A DNA stretch of 64,000 nt from the NCBI GenBank assembly GCA_958296135.2, contig CATQHZ020000001.1, forward strand, positions 256,001 to 320,000. The letters are read 5' to 3'. The DNA comes from an uncultured Poribacteria bacterium. Its GTDB lineage: Bacteria > Poribacteria > WGA-4E > WGA-3G. Position numbers and translations under genes: made by a program. Below are positions 1-11,300 of the stretch, in pieces. A model generated the notes under the pieces. The model did no database searches. It was not told where the DNA came from and saw only the letters and a list, made by a program, of their open reading frames with translations. Positions within the stretch are counted from its first letter, which is position 1. Every line of letters starts with the position of its first letter.

Positions 1-2
1 AC

Positions 3-1244
3 ACCGACGAATTTAAACGGGATACGTGTTTTCAACCCGGCGACATTGTCCTCGACCCGTTTTGTGGGAGCGGGACAACGCTCGTTGAAGCAAACGAGCG
101 TGGCATGCACGCAATCGGCATTGATATTTCGGCATTTAACGCTTTCATCGGAAATGCCAAAGTTGCCACCTACGATTTCCTTCAACTCTGGGAGGCCAGC
201 AGGGAAATTACGGCGGCACTCCGGCACTTTTACTCACGCAACGGTGCCCCCGCGTTTGAAGAAGCACTTGCAGAAAGGCTCGCGCACTTCAACAAACAGT
301 ATTTCTCCGTTTCTTTCAAAAGCAAAGTCAGAACCGGAGAGACAGACCAGAAGTGTTACGGTGCCGAAAAGGAATCCGAATTTCTGAAAACGTATCGCCA
401 ACTCGTCGCCGATTACGATGTTGACTTACAGATGCCAACTGATTCTGCACGTTTTATCAAGCAATGGTATCTTCCCGGCATCCGGGCAGAAATCGATTTC
501 GTCCACAGCCTGATTCACAAAGTGGCAGAGAGCGGCACACGCAGTGCCCTGATGCTCATCTTAAGCCGGACGCTCCGCTCATGCCGCGCCACGACACACG
601 CCGATTTAGGCACGTTGCGCAAACCCGTAACGACACCCTATTATTGCCGAAAACACGGAAAAATCTGCAAACCGCTATTCTCCATCTTGCGGTGGTGGGA
701 GCGATATAGCAAGGATAGCATCCAACGCTGGCGTGATTTCAGCCGGTTGAGAACGGACACGTTTCAGCACTGCTTAACCGGGGATTCGCGGACAATGAAC
801 ATCTTCGCGATGCTCCAGCAAACACATCCGCAGCTCGCGGAGCTTGCCCAAACGCAGCGGATTAAGGGCATTTTCACCAGTCCGCCTTATGTCGGCTTAA
901 TCAACTATCACGAGCAACACGCTTACGCCTATGACATTTTCGGATTCAAGCGGCTTGATGAATTAGAGATTGGCCCGCTTTTCAGAGGAAAAGGGCGCGA
1001 GGCACGGGAATCCTATATTCACGGTGTGTCGGAAGTGCTGAAAAACTGCAAACGATTTCTGGCAGCGGATTACGATGTCTTTGTCGTCGCAAATGATAAG
1101 TTTAATATGTACCCGACTATCGCGGAAACAGCGGGAATGCACATCGTTAAGCAGTATAAGCGGCCCGTCTTAAACCGGACAGAGAAAAATCGAGGCTCGG
1201 CGTATTCCGAAACGATATTCCACCTCAAAGAGAAAACGAGTTGA
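3..1244 (+). CDS. Amino-DNA methyltransferase of a type II R-M system (probably N4-cytosine); 5' end lies outside the window
   Basis: The frame is open from base 3. It reads VLDPFCGSGTT (SAM-binding motif I) upstream of the listed Met at 105 and has catalytic TSPPY. The endonuclease follows 4 bp later. Confidence 0.9.
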   Translation, partial: TDEFKRDTCFQPGDIVLDPFCGSGTTLVEANERGMHAIGIDISAFNAFIGNAKVATYDFLQLWEASREITAALRHFYSRNGAPAFEEALAERLAHFNKQYFSVSFKSKVRTGETDQKCYGAEKESEFLKTYRQLVADYDVDLQMPTDSARFIKQWYLPGIRAEIDFVHSLIHKVAESGTRSALMLILSRTLRSCRATTHADLGTLRKPVTTPYYCRKHGKICKPLFSILRWWERYSKDSIQRWRDFSRLRTDTFQHCLTGDSRTMNIFAMLQQTHPQLAELAQTQRIKGIFTSPPYVGLINYHEQHAYAYDIFGFKRLDELEIGPLFRGKGREARESYIHGVSEVLKNCKRFLAADYDVFVVANDKFNMYPTIAETAGMHIVKQYKRPVLNRTEKNRGSAYSETIFHLKEKTS

Positions 1245-1248
1245 AGCG

Positions 1249-2019
1249 ATGCAGTCACAACGACAGACGATGATTAAAGAGAGGCTTATAGAGTGCATCC
1301 AGACTAAATTCCGCACCTATACGCCTGAAACGAACTATATGCCGTTCCACCACCGCTTAATTGGTAAAGATAGGATGGCATTATTTTCTTTTATCCAGTC
1401 CTTGAATACGACATTTGGAGTGTCCATTTACGAGCCAGTCGCTCTTGAACTAGCACGTAACCGATTTCGGGTCGCGGAGACACAGGTTAAACCTGCCGGG
1501 ACAATTAGCACCGAGGCACACCGGCAAATCCAAACTATCATCAATGGGTTGGTGAGCACAACGAGAGAACCTGACAGAACCGTCGAAACGGAAGAAATTA
1601 GAGCGGTTTGCCAAGTCGGAGAGCTCAACAGTGTGAAACTAACCCGGGTCGACATTTGGCTGGAAAACCACGAAGGCGAGTTGTTTTTAATTGATCTGAA
1701 GACTGTCAAACCTAACGTGAAGGGGTTTGAGTCATACAAACGAACGCTCCTAGAGTGGACTGCGGCAGAACTCGCGCGCAACCCAGATGCTGTTATCAAA
1801 ACAATAATTGGCATTCCCTACAACCCTTACGAACCCGGACCGTATCGCCGGTGGACGATGAGAGGGATGTTTGACATGCAAAACGAAATCTTGGTAGCAG
1901 CAGAACTCTGGGATTTTATCGGTGGAGAAGGCAGCTACGCAGAACTGCTGGCCGCCTTTGAACTCGCCGGTGTTGAACTGCGCCCTGAAATTGATAACTA
2001 TTTTGAGCAATTCAAATAG
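1249..2019 (+). CDS. Type II restriction endonuclease, TdeIII/MjaII family (GGNCC-type)
   Basis: MPFHHRLIGKDRMALFSFIQSLNTTFG N-terminus, VD...IDLKTVKPN PD-(D/E)XK core and IPYNPY motif; adjacent to the MTase. Confidence 0.85.
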   Translation: MQSQRQTMIKERLIECIQTKFRTYTPETNYMPFHHRLIGKDRMALFSFIQSLNTTFGVSIYEPVALELARNRFRVAETQVKPAGTISTEAHRQIQTIINGLVSTTREPDRTVETEEIRAVCQVGELNSVKLTRVDIWLENHEGELFLIDLKTVKPNVKGFESYKRTLLEWTAAELARNPDAVIKTIIGIPYNPYEPGPYRRWTMRGMFDMQNEILVAAELWDFIGGEGSYAELLAAFELAGVELRPEIDNYFEQFK

Positions 2020-2065
2020 CCTCACGTCGCCGAAGGTAAGCACCTTATGCGTAACGCCCTCTCTT

Positions 2066-3151
2066 TTAAAACCGATAGAAAGCCCGCGCGTTTTCCGCCA
2101 TGATTTTCTGCTTTAACGCCGGCGCGAGACTTTTCGGCAAGGCATGCGCCGGCGAATCAAAATCCCAATGCGGATAGTCGGTTGCAAACATCAACTTCTC
2201 ATCCACGTCAAGTTGCGCGAGCAATTGGTGAAAGTATTCTTGCTTCGGCGGCTCCTCAATCGGCTGTGTCGTAATCCAGAAATGCTCACGGATATACGCC
2301 GAAGGCAACCGCTTCACGTCAGGCACTTCCTCGCGTAACTTTTTCCAAGCGCGGTCCAGCCGCCACATCAATGGCGGTAGCCAAGCAAATCCACCTTCAA
2401 TGAGAACCACCCTGAGCATCGGAAAGTGTTCAAAGACGCCTTCACAAACGAGGCTGGTAACTTGTGTTTGGAAAGCCTGTGTCATGCCACCGTGGTCTTC
2501 GATGTAGTGCGATGGCCTGCCGACTGCAGTAATCGGTCCCGCGCCAACGCCGGTGAAGTGGATGCCAATCGGAAGGTTATGCTTCGCTGCAGTCTCATAC
2601 ATCTGCCAATATTTACGTCGTCCCAACGGTTCCATCGTGCGCGCAAGCAGCAACACTTGCACGAACCCCGGATGGTTTGCAAGCCGCTCAATCTCGGCGG
2701 TTGCGAACGCTGCGTCGTCACAAGCCACGATAATTGAGGCGCGCAGTCGCGGTTCAGGTTCAAGCCAATTCTCGATTTGCCAGTCGTTTACGGCGCGTGC
2801 AAACGCGGCAGCATACGCAAGGTTCGGCATCTCACAGACAGGCGTTAAGCAGTTGAGGATGCCGTATTCAATGTGCCATGCGTCAAGCAGCTGCTCCCGC
2901 AGAAAATCCAACTCTGAGCCGGGGCGTTGCCCGGAAGGGGGCCATGCATCGTACCGGGCCCCATACAGATGCGCGCGAGGGATGTAGGCCCCGACGCGGT
3001 CTGGTGTCCCCACCATCTCGTGATGTCTCCGCCAGCGTTTGGAAAGATACGGATACAACACCCTTTCTGAAGCCAGCGTGTTATGCACATCACAGTCAAT
3101 AATTGGCAGTTTCTGCCGTTTGGGTTCTTCAAGCGTTCGTGTTTCTACCAT
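2066..3151 (-). CDS. Amidohydrolase 2 family metalloenzyme
   Basis: IDCDVH (only one His in this strand-1 motif), GIH, LIEGG and FATDYPHWD motifs. Confidence 0.9.
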   Translation of the reverse strand: MVETRTLEEPKRQKLPIIDCDVHNTLASERVLYPYLSKRWRRHHEMVGTPDRVGAYIPRAHLYGARYDAWPPSGQRPGSELDFLREQLLDAWHIEYGILNCLTPVCEMPNLAYAAAFARAVNDWQIENWLEPEPRLRASIIVACDDAAFATAEIERLANHPGFVQVLLLARTMEPLGRRKYWQMYETAAKHNLPIGIHFTGVGAGPITAVGRPSHYIEDHGGMTQAFQTQVTSLVCEGVFEHFPMLRVVLIEGGFAWLPPLMWRLDRAWKKLREEVPDVKRLPSAYIREHFWITTQPIEEPPKQEYFHQLLAQLDVDEKLMFATDYPHWDFDSPAHALPKSLAPALKQKIMAENARAFYRF

Positions 3152-3246
3152 TTTTATTTTCCCTTATCCGTAATTAATCGATGTAGAAATAGGGCAAGCC
3201 CAGGCGAGCTCCATCTACCACGCTCGCCCTACAGCCGCGAGACGCA

Positions 3247-4350
3247 TCAACGTAATTTGGGATAAAATTCCCTCGCATTTTCAGCCAAAATCCTGCGGGC
3301 AAGGGATGTCGGCAGCCCTGCGGGGAACGCCTCTTCAGCCGAATCAAAGCACCAATGAGGATAGTCAGTTGAAAACATCAGCAAGTCTTCCGAATCTAGC
3401 TGCCCGACAATCTGGAGCAATTCCGCCGCGGTGGGCGGTGCGTCAATCGGTTGGAGCGTCATCCGGACATGCTGCCGGATATACGCCGAGGGCGGCTGTT
3501 TGACCCAAGGCGTAAGCCCTCGCAACCCGCGCCACTCCTTATCAAACCGCCACATGAGCGACGGCATCCAGGTGACACCGGTTTCTATGAGCACAACGCG
3601 TAAATCCGGAAACTGATCAAAAGCTCCCTCCGAAACGAGACTGAGCACCTGCGCCTGAAATACCTGCGCCATGCCGACATATTCCTCTAAATACGTCGAA
3701 GGCCACCCGACAGAAGTCGGCGGAAGTCCCGGCGCACCGCCGTAATGGATGCCGACTACCAATTGATGCCGCACAGCAGCTGCGTAAATCGGATGATACC
3801 GGCGATTGCCGTAGGGTGCCTGTGAACGTGCCGGCAGCATCACTTGGACAAACCCCGGATGCCCCCCGAGACGCTCAATTTCTCTGGCTGCGAGCGCGGG
3901 ATTTTGGCTCGGCACAATCAGCGAACCGCGGAGGCGCGGCTCCCGGTCCAACCAATGTTCAATCTGCCAATCATTGACAGCGGAAGCCAATGCCGCCGCC
4001 AAGTCTTCGTTATGGACGCTCTGCACGCGATACGCACACGTCAGGATGCCGTACTCAACGTCCCAGACATCAAGCGCGTGCCCGCGGAGCAGTGCCAAAT
4101 CGGAGGCCGGACGATTTTCCGAAGGAAGTGTGAGCCCCGGGCGGATGGATAGCGGCACACCACTGGGGTAATCGTTCGCATCGGGCCCAGGGAAGCCGGA
4201 CTCTTCGCAATAGTCACACCAATAATCCGGCAGATACGGGTAGAGCATTTCAAGCGACGGTAAGCGGTTGTGCAAGTCACAATCTATCACAGCGAGGCCC
4301 GCCTGAACGAAACCCTGTCTCCGATTTTCTGTTTCTGTCTGTCTGTTCAT
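3247..4350 (-). CDS. Amidohydrolase 2 family metalloenzyme (paralog of 2066-3151)
   Basis: IDCDLH, GIH, LIETG and FSTDYPHW motifs. Probable start MNRQTE at 4350; the longer ORF N-terminus looks non-coding. Confidence 0.88.
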   Translation of the reverse strand: MNRQTETENRRQGFVQAGLAVIDCDLHNRLPSLEMLYPYLPDYWCDYCEESGFPGPDANDYPSGVPLSIRPGLTLPSENRPASDLALLRGHALDVWDVEYGILTCAYRVQSVHNEDLAAALASAVNDWQIEHWLDREPRLRGSLIVPSQNPALAAREIERLGGHPGFVQVMLPARSQAPYGNRRYHPIYAAAVRHQLVVGIHYGGAPGLPPTSVGWPSTYLEEYVGMAQVFQAQVLSLVSEGAFDQFPDLRVVLIETGVTWMPSLMWRFDKEWRGLRGLTPWVKQPPSAYIRQHVRMTLQPIDAPPTAAELLQIVGQLDSEDLLMFSTDYPHWCFDSAEEAFPAGLPTSLARRILAENAREFYPKLR

Positions 4351-4571
4351 GCAAATCTCTTTCCGATGCATCGAGTCAAGTTCAAATTTTTGCGCAGCGG
4401 GTTTCAGTTTGTTATGGCGAACATTTGAGAACTGAACGGCTCTGAATTTTTCATAGACAACTGATACGAAAAATGCTATACTTTGCAATGGCACCCTTAA
4501 AGCAGCGGCGCGCCTCCACGATAGGCTATGATACACTAAAACCCGCTTTCGCGCAAGAGAAATGAAAACTC

Positions 4572-5621
4572 ATGAAAGTTGACAACACTTTTGACAAAAC
4601 CAAATTAAAAAACCTGCTCAACGCAGCATACGCCCTCAATCTACACGCCTTAACTTTTCTACCGGAAGGCGAAGATAGTTACGGCTACATCGCCACGGCA
4701 GAAACATCTGGTAGACGCAATCTTCCGGGCGCGACAGGGAAGTATTTTGCCAAAGCCGCAACTTCCGTGTCGGAGGCATCTTTGCGCATCGCATCGCACT
4801 TGCGAGAGCGGTGCGGCATCTCCGAAGTGGTTGCGCCTTTGAAAACGCAAAACGGCGCGCTGAGTCTCGCGTGGCACGATTTCCGCGTCTCCCTGTTTCC
4901 GTTCATTGAGGGCAAAAGCCGATGGGAACTGTGGAAAATCGGAGAAGATTTTGCGGATACCGAATTGGCAAAATGTGGCGAATTGCTCGCCAAGGTTCAC
5001 GGCAGCACAGCGGCAATCGAACCTGAACCCCAGGGGCCCGTCCCTCCGCTCACCCTAGCAACGTATGACTTGCCCCTACGACACGAACTCTTCGCCGTGC
5101 TCAAGGCCGCCGAGAAAGGAGCACCGTGTCAAAACCGATACCAACGCCAACTGCTTGAAGCAATCTCTCAGCATCGCGCCGCTGTCCTGCAAACCCTGGC
5201 GAGATACGACAGCCTCGGGCGTTCAGCAGAAGCACTGCAAACGCCTTTTTGCATCACACACGGCGACGCGACACCGGGGAATCTCATTCTTGATGCTGAC
5301 AATCGATTGCACCTGATTGACTGGGATGGCGCATGCCTCGGCCCACCTGAGAAGGACCTGGTTTCTTTCACAGGCGAACGGTTTGAGATAGTTTTGGACG
5401 CATATTTGAAACGCCATCCCGCAACGCTACACGCCGATATTTTCGGACTCTATATCTACGAATGGACGCTCAACGAAATCCGAGACTACGGCACCAAAAT
5501 CCTGTTCAAAAACAGCGACACACAGCAGAACGAATATGACTGGGAAAGCCTGCAGGAATACCTGCCGCCAGCCCAGGATGCGATGGAGGTAGGCATCGCG
5601 GCTATCCGTAAAATGTTGTAA
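4572..5621 (+). CDS. Aminoglycoside phosphotransferase/choline-kinase-like protein (APH(9)-like fold)
   Basis: THGDATPGN Brenner motif, LIDWD metal-binding motif, P.EKDL. Confidence 0.85.
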   Translation: MKVDNTFDKTKLKNLLNAAYALNLHALTFLPEGEDSYGYIATAETSGRRNLPGATGKYFAKAATSVSEASLRIASHLRERCGISEVVAPLKTQNGALSLAWHDFRVSLFPFIEGKSRWELWKIGEDFADTELAKCGELLAKVHGSTAAIEPEPQGPVPPLTLATYDLPLRHELFAVLKAAEKGAPCQNRYQRQLLEAISQHRAAVLQTLARYDSLGRSAEALQTPFCITHGDATPGNLILDADNRLHLIDWDGACLGPPEKDLVSFTGERFEIVLDAYLKRHPATLHADIFGLYIYEWTLNEIRDYGTKILFKNSDTQQNEYDWESLQEYLPPAQDAMEVGIAAIRKML

Positions 5622-5699
5622 GGACAGATTCTCATTAACAGTATGTTTATAGGGTGGATTTCTAGAGCCACCCGCGCCCCCGATAATGGAGGACAAACC

Positions 5700-6428
5700 A
5701 TGTCTCACATCAAATCCGTGCTCCTGTGGGAAAACCAACGCCGTTATATCCGCGAGGCACTCGATGCCGGCACCCTCAAAGGCGCGATTATTCCCACCGG
5801 CAGCACAGAGCAACACAACGAACATCTCGCGATGTATCACGATACGCAAAGCGCCGTCTACGTCTCCAGATTGGCGGCGGAGAAGCTGTTTCCGCAGGTT
5901 ATCGTCACAACACCGCTGGCGATTGGCGTATCCGAACATTGGATGGAACACAAGGGCACACTGACGCTGCGCCCCGAAGTCTTCGGCGAAGTGCTCTACG
6001 ATGTCGCCGACAGCATGCGCCGGCACGGCATCCATAATATCTTAATTGTCAACGGACACGCCGGCAATTCGGCACCCGTGCAGGAACGCTTGGACGGTTT
6101 CCGCCAGAGACTCGGCATTAACCTCGCGTATCACTCCTACTGGGAAGCATACAGCGAGGAGCTGGTGCAGGAACAGATGGAATCCGGCATCTGCCCTGGG
6201 CATGCAGCGGAGTTCGAGACAGCGTTCGCACTCGCCGCCTTCCCCGAAAATGTGGATTGGAACGACGTGGCTTACGACAGCGCGAAACTCACCATCTCCG
6301 ATACCGGGCAAGCCACGGCAGACCGGGAGTATCATCACCAAGCCAAGGTAGCAACCGCCGAAAAGGGCCAGGCGATGATTGATGTCGCCGTGGCATGGGT
6401 TGCAGAACGGATGCAGGCGATGCTGTAG
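5700..6428 (+). CDS. Creatininase (creatinine amidohydrolase) family protein
   Basis: PTGSTEQHNEHL, SEHW, NGHAGN and GHAAEFET motifs. GGAGG RBS upstream of ATG 5700. Confidence 0.9.
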   Translation: MSHIKSVLLWENQRRYIREALDAGTLKGAIIPTGSTEQHNEHLAMYHDTQSAVYVSRLAAEKLFPQVIVTTPLAIGVSEHWMEHKGTLTLRPEVFGEVLYDVADSMRRHGIHNILIVNGHAGNSAPVQERLDGFRQRLGINLAYHSYWEAYSEELVQEQMESGICPGHAAEFETAFALAAFPENVDWNDVAYDSAKLTISDTGQATADREYHHQAKVATAEKGQAMIDVAVAWVAERMQAML

Positions 6429-6450
6429 GCGCGCTGATACACCACGGGCC

Positions 6451-6479
6451 GTTAGGCGCGCGTTGAAAGCGCGCCTAAC
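6451..6479. repeat. REP-like palindrome family B (GTAGGCGCG.TT..AAA.CGCGCCTAC); representative copy
   Basis: Related copies at about 23641, 24579, 31891, 41663, 42860 and 56513. All are intergenic, and several lie between convergent genes. Confidence 0.8.
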
Positions 6480-6489
6480 GGTTTTGGGG

Positions 6490-7287
6490 TTAGTGGCCCT
6501 CAAGTGCCTTCCGCAACCCATCGCCGTGCTCGCGCCACCAACTGTAGAGAATCGAGATATCGGTGCCGATGCAGAAATGCCGCACGCCCATATCCAAATA
6601 CTGCCGCGCGCCATCGGCACTGCCAATCTCCGCGCGCGGCGGAACACCCATCTTTATCGCTGTCTCAAAGACTTTTCGCTCCGCCGCCCGGATTTCCGGC
6701 GCGCCGCGCTGGCCCGCCATACCGATGCTCATCGAATAATCCGCGCCGCCCCACTGGATCATGTCAACACCTTCAACCGACAGCACCTCCTCAAGGTTCT
6801 CAACAGTGCCGCTCTTCTCAATCATGATGACGACGACAACATCGCGCAGGGCCTGAATGTAATCCAGACTGCCGCCGTATCCCATATAAGAAAATCGGCG
6901 CGTTGCGACACCATAACTGCCGCCATCCTCGGGTGTATCGGCACGCGTAATGCGAACGCACTCCTTCACATCTGCAACGTTTTGGCAATCCGCGTAAAGC
7001 ACACTCTGGAAGCCGGAGCCGATAGCGCGTTGCGCGATGAAGCCGCGCGGCTCCTGGTCTACTTTAATCATCGTCGAAATGTTATGCAGCTCCGCCGCCC
7101 TGCACAAGTTGTCCAAATCATGCAGGTCAAACGGACCATATTCACCGACGAATTCAACGTAATCATACATCCCCGTGTGGCCAATCGCCTCCACGATGGA
7201 GGGCCACGTCGTGTGGATGTGCGTGCCGACAGTAGGTTTATCGGCGTTCAATAACTCTCGAAAGGTATTTTTTCTCATCAATTTCAC
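6490..7287 (-). CDS. HpcH/HpaI aldolase family protein
   Basis: VVIMIEK, GVDMIQWGGADYSMSIG and G.RHFCIGTD patterns typical of HpcH. Confidence 0.85.
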   Translation of the reverse strand: MKLMRKNTFRELLNADKPTVGTHIHTTWPSIVEAIGHTGMYDYVEFVGEYGPFDLHDLDNLCRAAELHNISTMIKVDQEPRGFIAQRAIGSGFQSVLYADCQNVADVKECVRITRADTPEDGGSYGVATRRFSYMGYGGSLDYIQALRDVVVVIMIEKSGTVENLEEVLSVEGVDMIQWGGADYSMSIGMAGQRGAPEIRAAERKVFETAIKMGVPPRAEIGSADGARQYLDMGVRHFCIGTDISILYSWWREHGDGLRKALEGH

Positions 7288-7476
7288 CTTTTGTCTAAAT
7301 CAGGATTTGCAGGATGAGAGGATTTACGGCATTACAAAGGATTACAGACCGCGGTGCCTCTGTCAAACCTAAACGCCTCTATATTAGCAAAGACCGGAGT
7401 TTTTTTCAACTGATTTCTGGATTGCATTGCAATGCGATTTGACGACGATGCACGGGACAAGCACGCGCCAAAAGCG

Positions 7477-7513
7477 CGATATGTATACTTTTTGCCGAAA
7501 AGTATACATATCG
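7477..7513. repeat. Perfect 16-bp AT-rich inverted repeat
   Basis: CGATATGTATACTTTT-tgccg-AAAAGTATACATATCG. Confidence 0.9.
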
Positions 7514-7544
7514 GATGATTATCTTAATGCCCTATAGCCATTTT

Positions 7545-8360
7545 ACCGTCGCGCGAAAAAGGCCCCTTTCACCGTCGCGCGAGGGAAAACCCGGCGATCG
7601 CGAATCGCCGAGGGTGCCCCTCGCGATCTACCGACCTCCCAAACAGCCCCTTTTACCGTAGCGCGAGGGCCTGTCCCTCGCGATCTACCGACCTACACGA
7701 AAAACGGCCGAAGCCCCGGGACTTCGGCCCTCTTCTCTACAGACCGATGCATGGCGCGGCACAGGACCGCGCCCTACGGTTTAAGAAGCGTTTTTAGTCA
7801 CCGTAGCGCGAGGGCCTGTCCCTCGCGAAGCCCCGCGCAACAAGAAAGGCCCTTTTACCGTAGCGCGAGGGCCCGGCGAGCGCGAATCGCCGAGGGTTCC
7901 CCTCGCGATCTACCGACCTACACAAAAAACGACAGAAGCCCCGGGACTTCGGCCCTCTTCTCTACAGACCGGTGCCTGGCGCGGCACAGGACCGCGCCCT
8001 ACGGACTAAGGGCCTTTTAACCGCAGCATGGCGCGGCACAGGACCGCGCCCTACGGACTAAGGGCCTTTTCACTGACGGGCCCTTTTCACCGTAGCGCGA
8101 GGGCCGTCACGCCGAAACTTTGTCATCTCTGCCGCCTCGCTGCAGAGATGTCCACTGTCCCTCGCGATCTCTCTCGATTGACCGATGCATGGCGCGGCAC
8201 AGGACCGCGCCCTACGGACTAAGGGGCCCTTTTAACCGCAGCATGGCGAGGGACAGGCCCTCGCCCTACGGTAGAAGGGGCCCTTTTTACCATCGCGCAC
8301 GAAAAAACAGCCGCAGCCCCAAGGGGCCACGGCCGTTTTCTACATGGCGAGGGACAACCC
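7545..8360. repeat. Cluster of GTAG-type REP-like palindromes (family A)
   Basis: Many copies of CCGTAGCGCGAGGGCCTGTCCCTCGCG and GGCGCGGCACAGGACCGCGCCCTACGG in both orientations, separated by duplicated spacers. Confidence 0.9.
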
Positions 8361-8371
8361 CCGCCCTCCAT

Positions 8372-11300
8372 CTATTTCGCCTGCTTTTTCAGAGCACCGA
8401 ACGTCGTCAGCATCCGATTTGCCGCAGAGACAGGCCCCCGCAACATACGCATCGCTAACGTCGCCGGCCGCCCATCAAACGCGACCTCCTCGATCTGGTA
8501 GTAGTACTCAACACCCGGCTTCGCCGACGTATCCGTAAACGTATACGTCTGACGTTCACCCGTTGTGCCAGCACCCGCAATCAACGCAGCATTCAGCAGC
8601 GTGAAACCACTGTCACGTTTTTCGCTGCGGCGCAGGTTAAAACCAGCGTTGTCGACTTCGGACTCCGTCGTCCACGTCACGACAACCGCACCTGCCTCCG
8701 TGCGCGCCACGGTGAAACTTGACAATTCCACCGGCAAGGCACCGCCAGCGCGATACCCCGGCGTGCCGATATCCTCAGCATGCCCATAGTGGAGGTCTGA
8801 CACAGCGAGTCGCTTGACGTTCGCCGCTAGAGCCCAACTTGCACGCTCCTTCCCTTTCCGCGCCACGCCGTTGTCGTAACGCCGAATCAGCGAACTCCGA
8901 ACACCTTCCTCGGCACTCACCGGTAACGCCCACGCCGGCGCATCTTTCGTCCGACGATTGCCATCAGTGTTGCCGACTTCGTCTACGAGGTTACCGTTGC
9001 TATCTGTCAACTTCAGGTAGAACCCTTCCGCGCTCAGGAACGTATCCTGCGCACGCTTGATACGCAGGTTCCGCTGATGCAATGCCAACAGGTTGTAAAC
9101 CCTATCGGCCGGGAAAACATCCGCCGACGATGCACGCGCCGGCCCCGCAACAATCAGCAGCGTCTGATTCGGTTGAATCACCTTCTCTTGCAGCGTCAAC
9201 GCCACAATCGGCCGCCCTACCAAATCTTCCGAATCCACATTCTGGAACTCCAGTTCCCACCGGTTCAGATTGAGTGCCTCGGTTTTAGATTTATTATACA
9301 GCTCTATCCACTGCGGCAATCTCCGATCACCCGAATCAAACATGATTTCGCTGATAGTGATACTGCCTTTCGGCGTGGCTGCTGCCGTTTTCACGGCACC
9401 ATTCGGATACCCCGGCGTGCCAGCGGTGGCAGCAGACTTGGAAACATTCCTATCATAGCCGATACCGGTGAAGGCCGCTTCTGCCCAGGCATCTTTGTGG
9501 TAACCCACAATATCCGCTTTCGCGCGCTGCCAGACCTTACCAGAGCCGAGGGCCCCTTCGGTATCACCACCGGGAGCTTGTAGCACTTGCAACGGCCACA
9601 CGTATGTATCATAGTCACCCGTCTGCTCGCGAACGAACGCATCCGTGTCACTGCCACCGCCACCGGCGACATCAACAAATGCCTCGTTCATACCGAGTTT
9701 CTCCTTCGCGTTCCGCAGAATCAACAGGAACTGCCCATCATCCGGCAACGCGAGGCCCGAGGCAACGAGATACTGATGCGGCGAACCTTTGTGCTCTACA
9801 TCGGAAGTGGCAATATCATCGCCACCAGCGAGAGACGTTTTGTCCGGCGAGGTACTCACCAGCAACAGCAGCCCATTCGCCGGCACGCTCACATCCGCGA
9901 AAACGACAAGCGATGTATCTTCCTTTTCCCCATCGGCCACAACCGAGAGCTCATAGTCTTTCAGGGATACCGCCGAACCCGTGACATTGCGGAGTTCCAG
10001 CCAGTCATTTGCAGCACCGCTGCCATTGCCGAACTCGTTAAAAACAATCGGACTGCGAGGCACCTCGGAGGCAGCAGCCTTCGGCGAAGTCTCCTCGGGG
10101 AAAAACGGCACAAACGGTATAACCGGTGTCTCCCGGACGACAGGCGAACCCCCCGGGGCCGCCGCCGGCACCGAGGCCGGCGCAGCACCAGAACCCATCG
10201 CGGGCACTGCTGTCCCAGACTGCCGCTGTTGCTCAGACAGCAACGTCGTCCCTTCCGGCACCTGTATCTCGACAGAGGGAGCACGCACTGTCTCTGCCAC
10301 CGTGTCCGTGGCTGCCACCGTATACGCAAACGTCACTTTCGTCGAATTCGTGTCTTCCGCCGCTGTCCAAACAGCATGCCGCGCATTCGCTAACACCTGT
10401 TCACCCAGATACACCACCAGATACGGCAGGTTGGCCCCTTCATACCGCAGATTCTCCTGGGTATATGTCACCGACACTTCAATCTTATCTCCGGCGGTAT
10501 AGACACCCGCGGGGGGCGCAACAATCTCCGGCGTACCCACCACGCTGTCCACCGGCACTGTTAACGTATTCGATACCAGATTCCCGTTGCCCGCAATGTC
10601 CTGCGTGGCACCCGCGGGCACCTGAATCGTCACATCGCCCCTAAAACCAGCGGCGGGCGTAATCCGCGCTTTGTAAACCAAGAACGATGCCGAATTCTTC
10701 GCATCACCGGGACTGTGCCCAGCGTCTCCGGAGTAATTCTGTAATGCACGATGGTCGAGCCCAATGTAAACCGGGGCATCAACCGTCCAATCCAGCGAAT
10801 TTCCATCGGCATCGCTGAAGACAATGTCCTCCGCGCCAAACGTCGTACCGATTTCCTCGGCGATGGCACCCGTCTCAGAGTGATGGTTCGTAAAGCGGAA
10901 TTCAACTTCAAACGCACCGCCCTGCGACACCGATTCCGTAGTCCCTGCCGCAAAATCTGTCACAGGCAACCCAGATGCACTGGAATCCAGGTTGACTATC
11001 GCGTTGAGTCGATCCTCGGTGTGCGTCTCCCCATTCTTTATCAAGCCGGGAATCCACACCGTCGGCGGAAGGGTATCCACAAGGTGCCTGACGACTGCCT
11101 GGGCGTAGGCAGCGGCCTTCGCACCGGCAAGAGGGAGGGGCCGCTCCCAACTTCGATAACTCGTAATCGTTCTCCAATTGTTGGGGCCTTGCCACGTGTT
11201 GTCAATTGAATCATCCTGAATCAGAAACCTCCGAAACTCCAATTCAATATCGTGCTGAAACCACGTACCATAATCAAAAGTGTAGCCAGCCGCGTTTTTT

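Noticed and set aside
4572-5621. Bona fide antibiotic resistance gene
   Set aside because: Only the general APH/kinase motifs are visible; the substrate cannot be inferred.
6379-7254. Long antisense ORFs (also 9587-10393, 18271-19050, 20856-21623, 35549-36391)
   Set aside because: Shadows of well-supported genes on the opposite strand, with no recognisable motifs.
7545-8360. CRISPR array
   Set aside because: Units occur in both orientations with irregular spacing and repeated spacers, and there are no cas genes. This fits REP clusters.
7751-8538. Short ORFs such as MARHRTAPYGLR (also at 13422-13722, 16217-16627, 34065-34511, 51355-51759)
   Set aside because: These are translations of REP palindromes, not credible genes.
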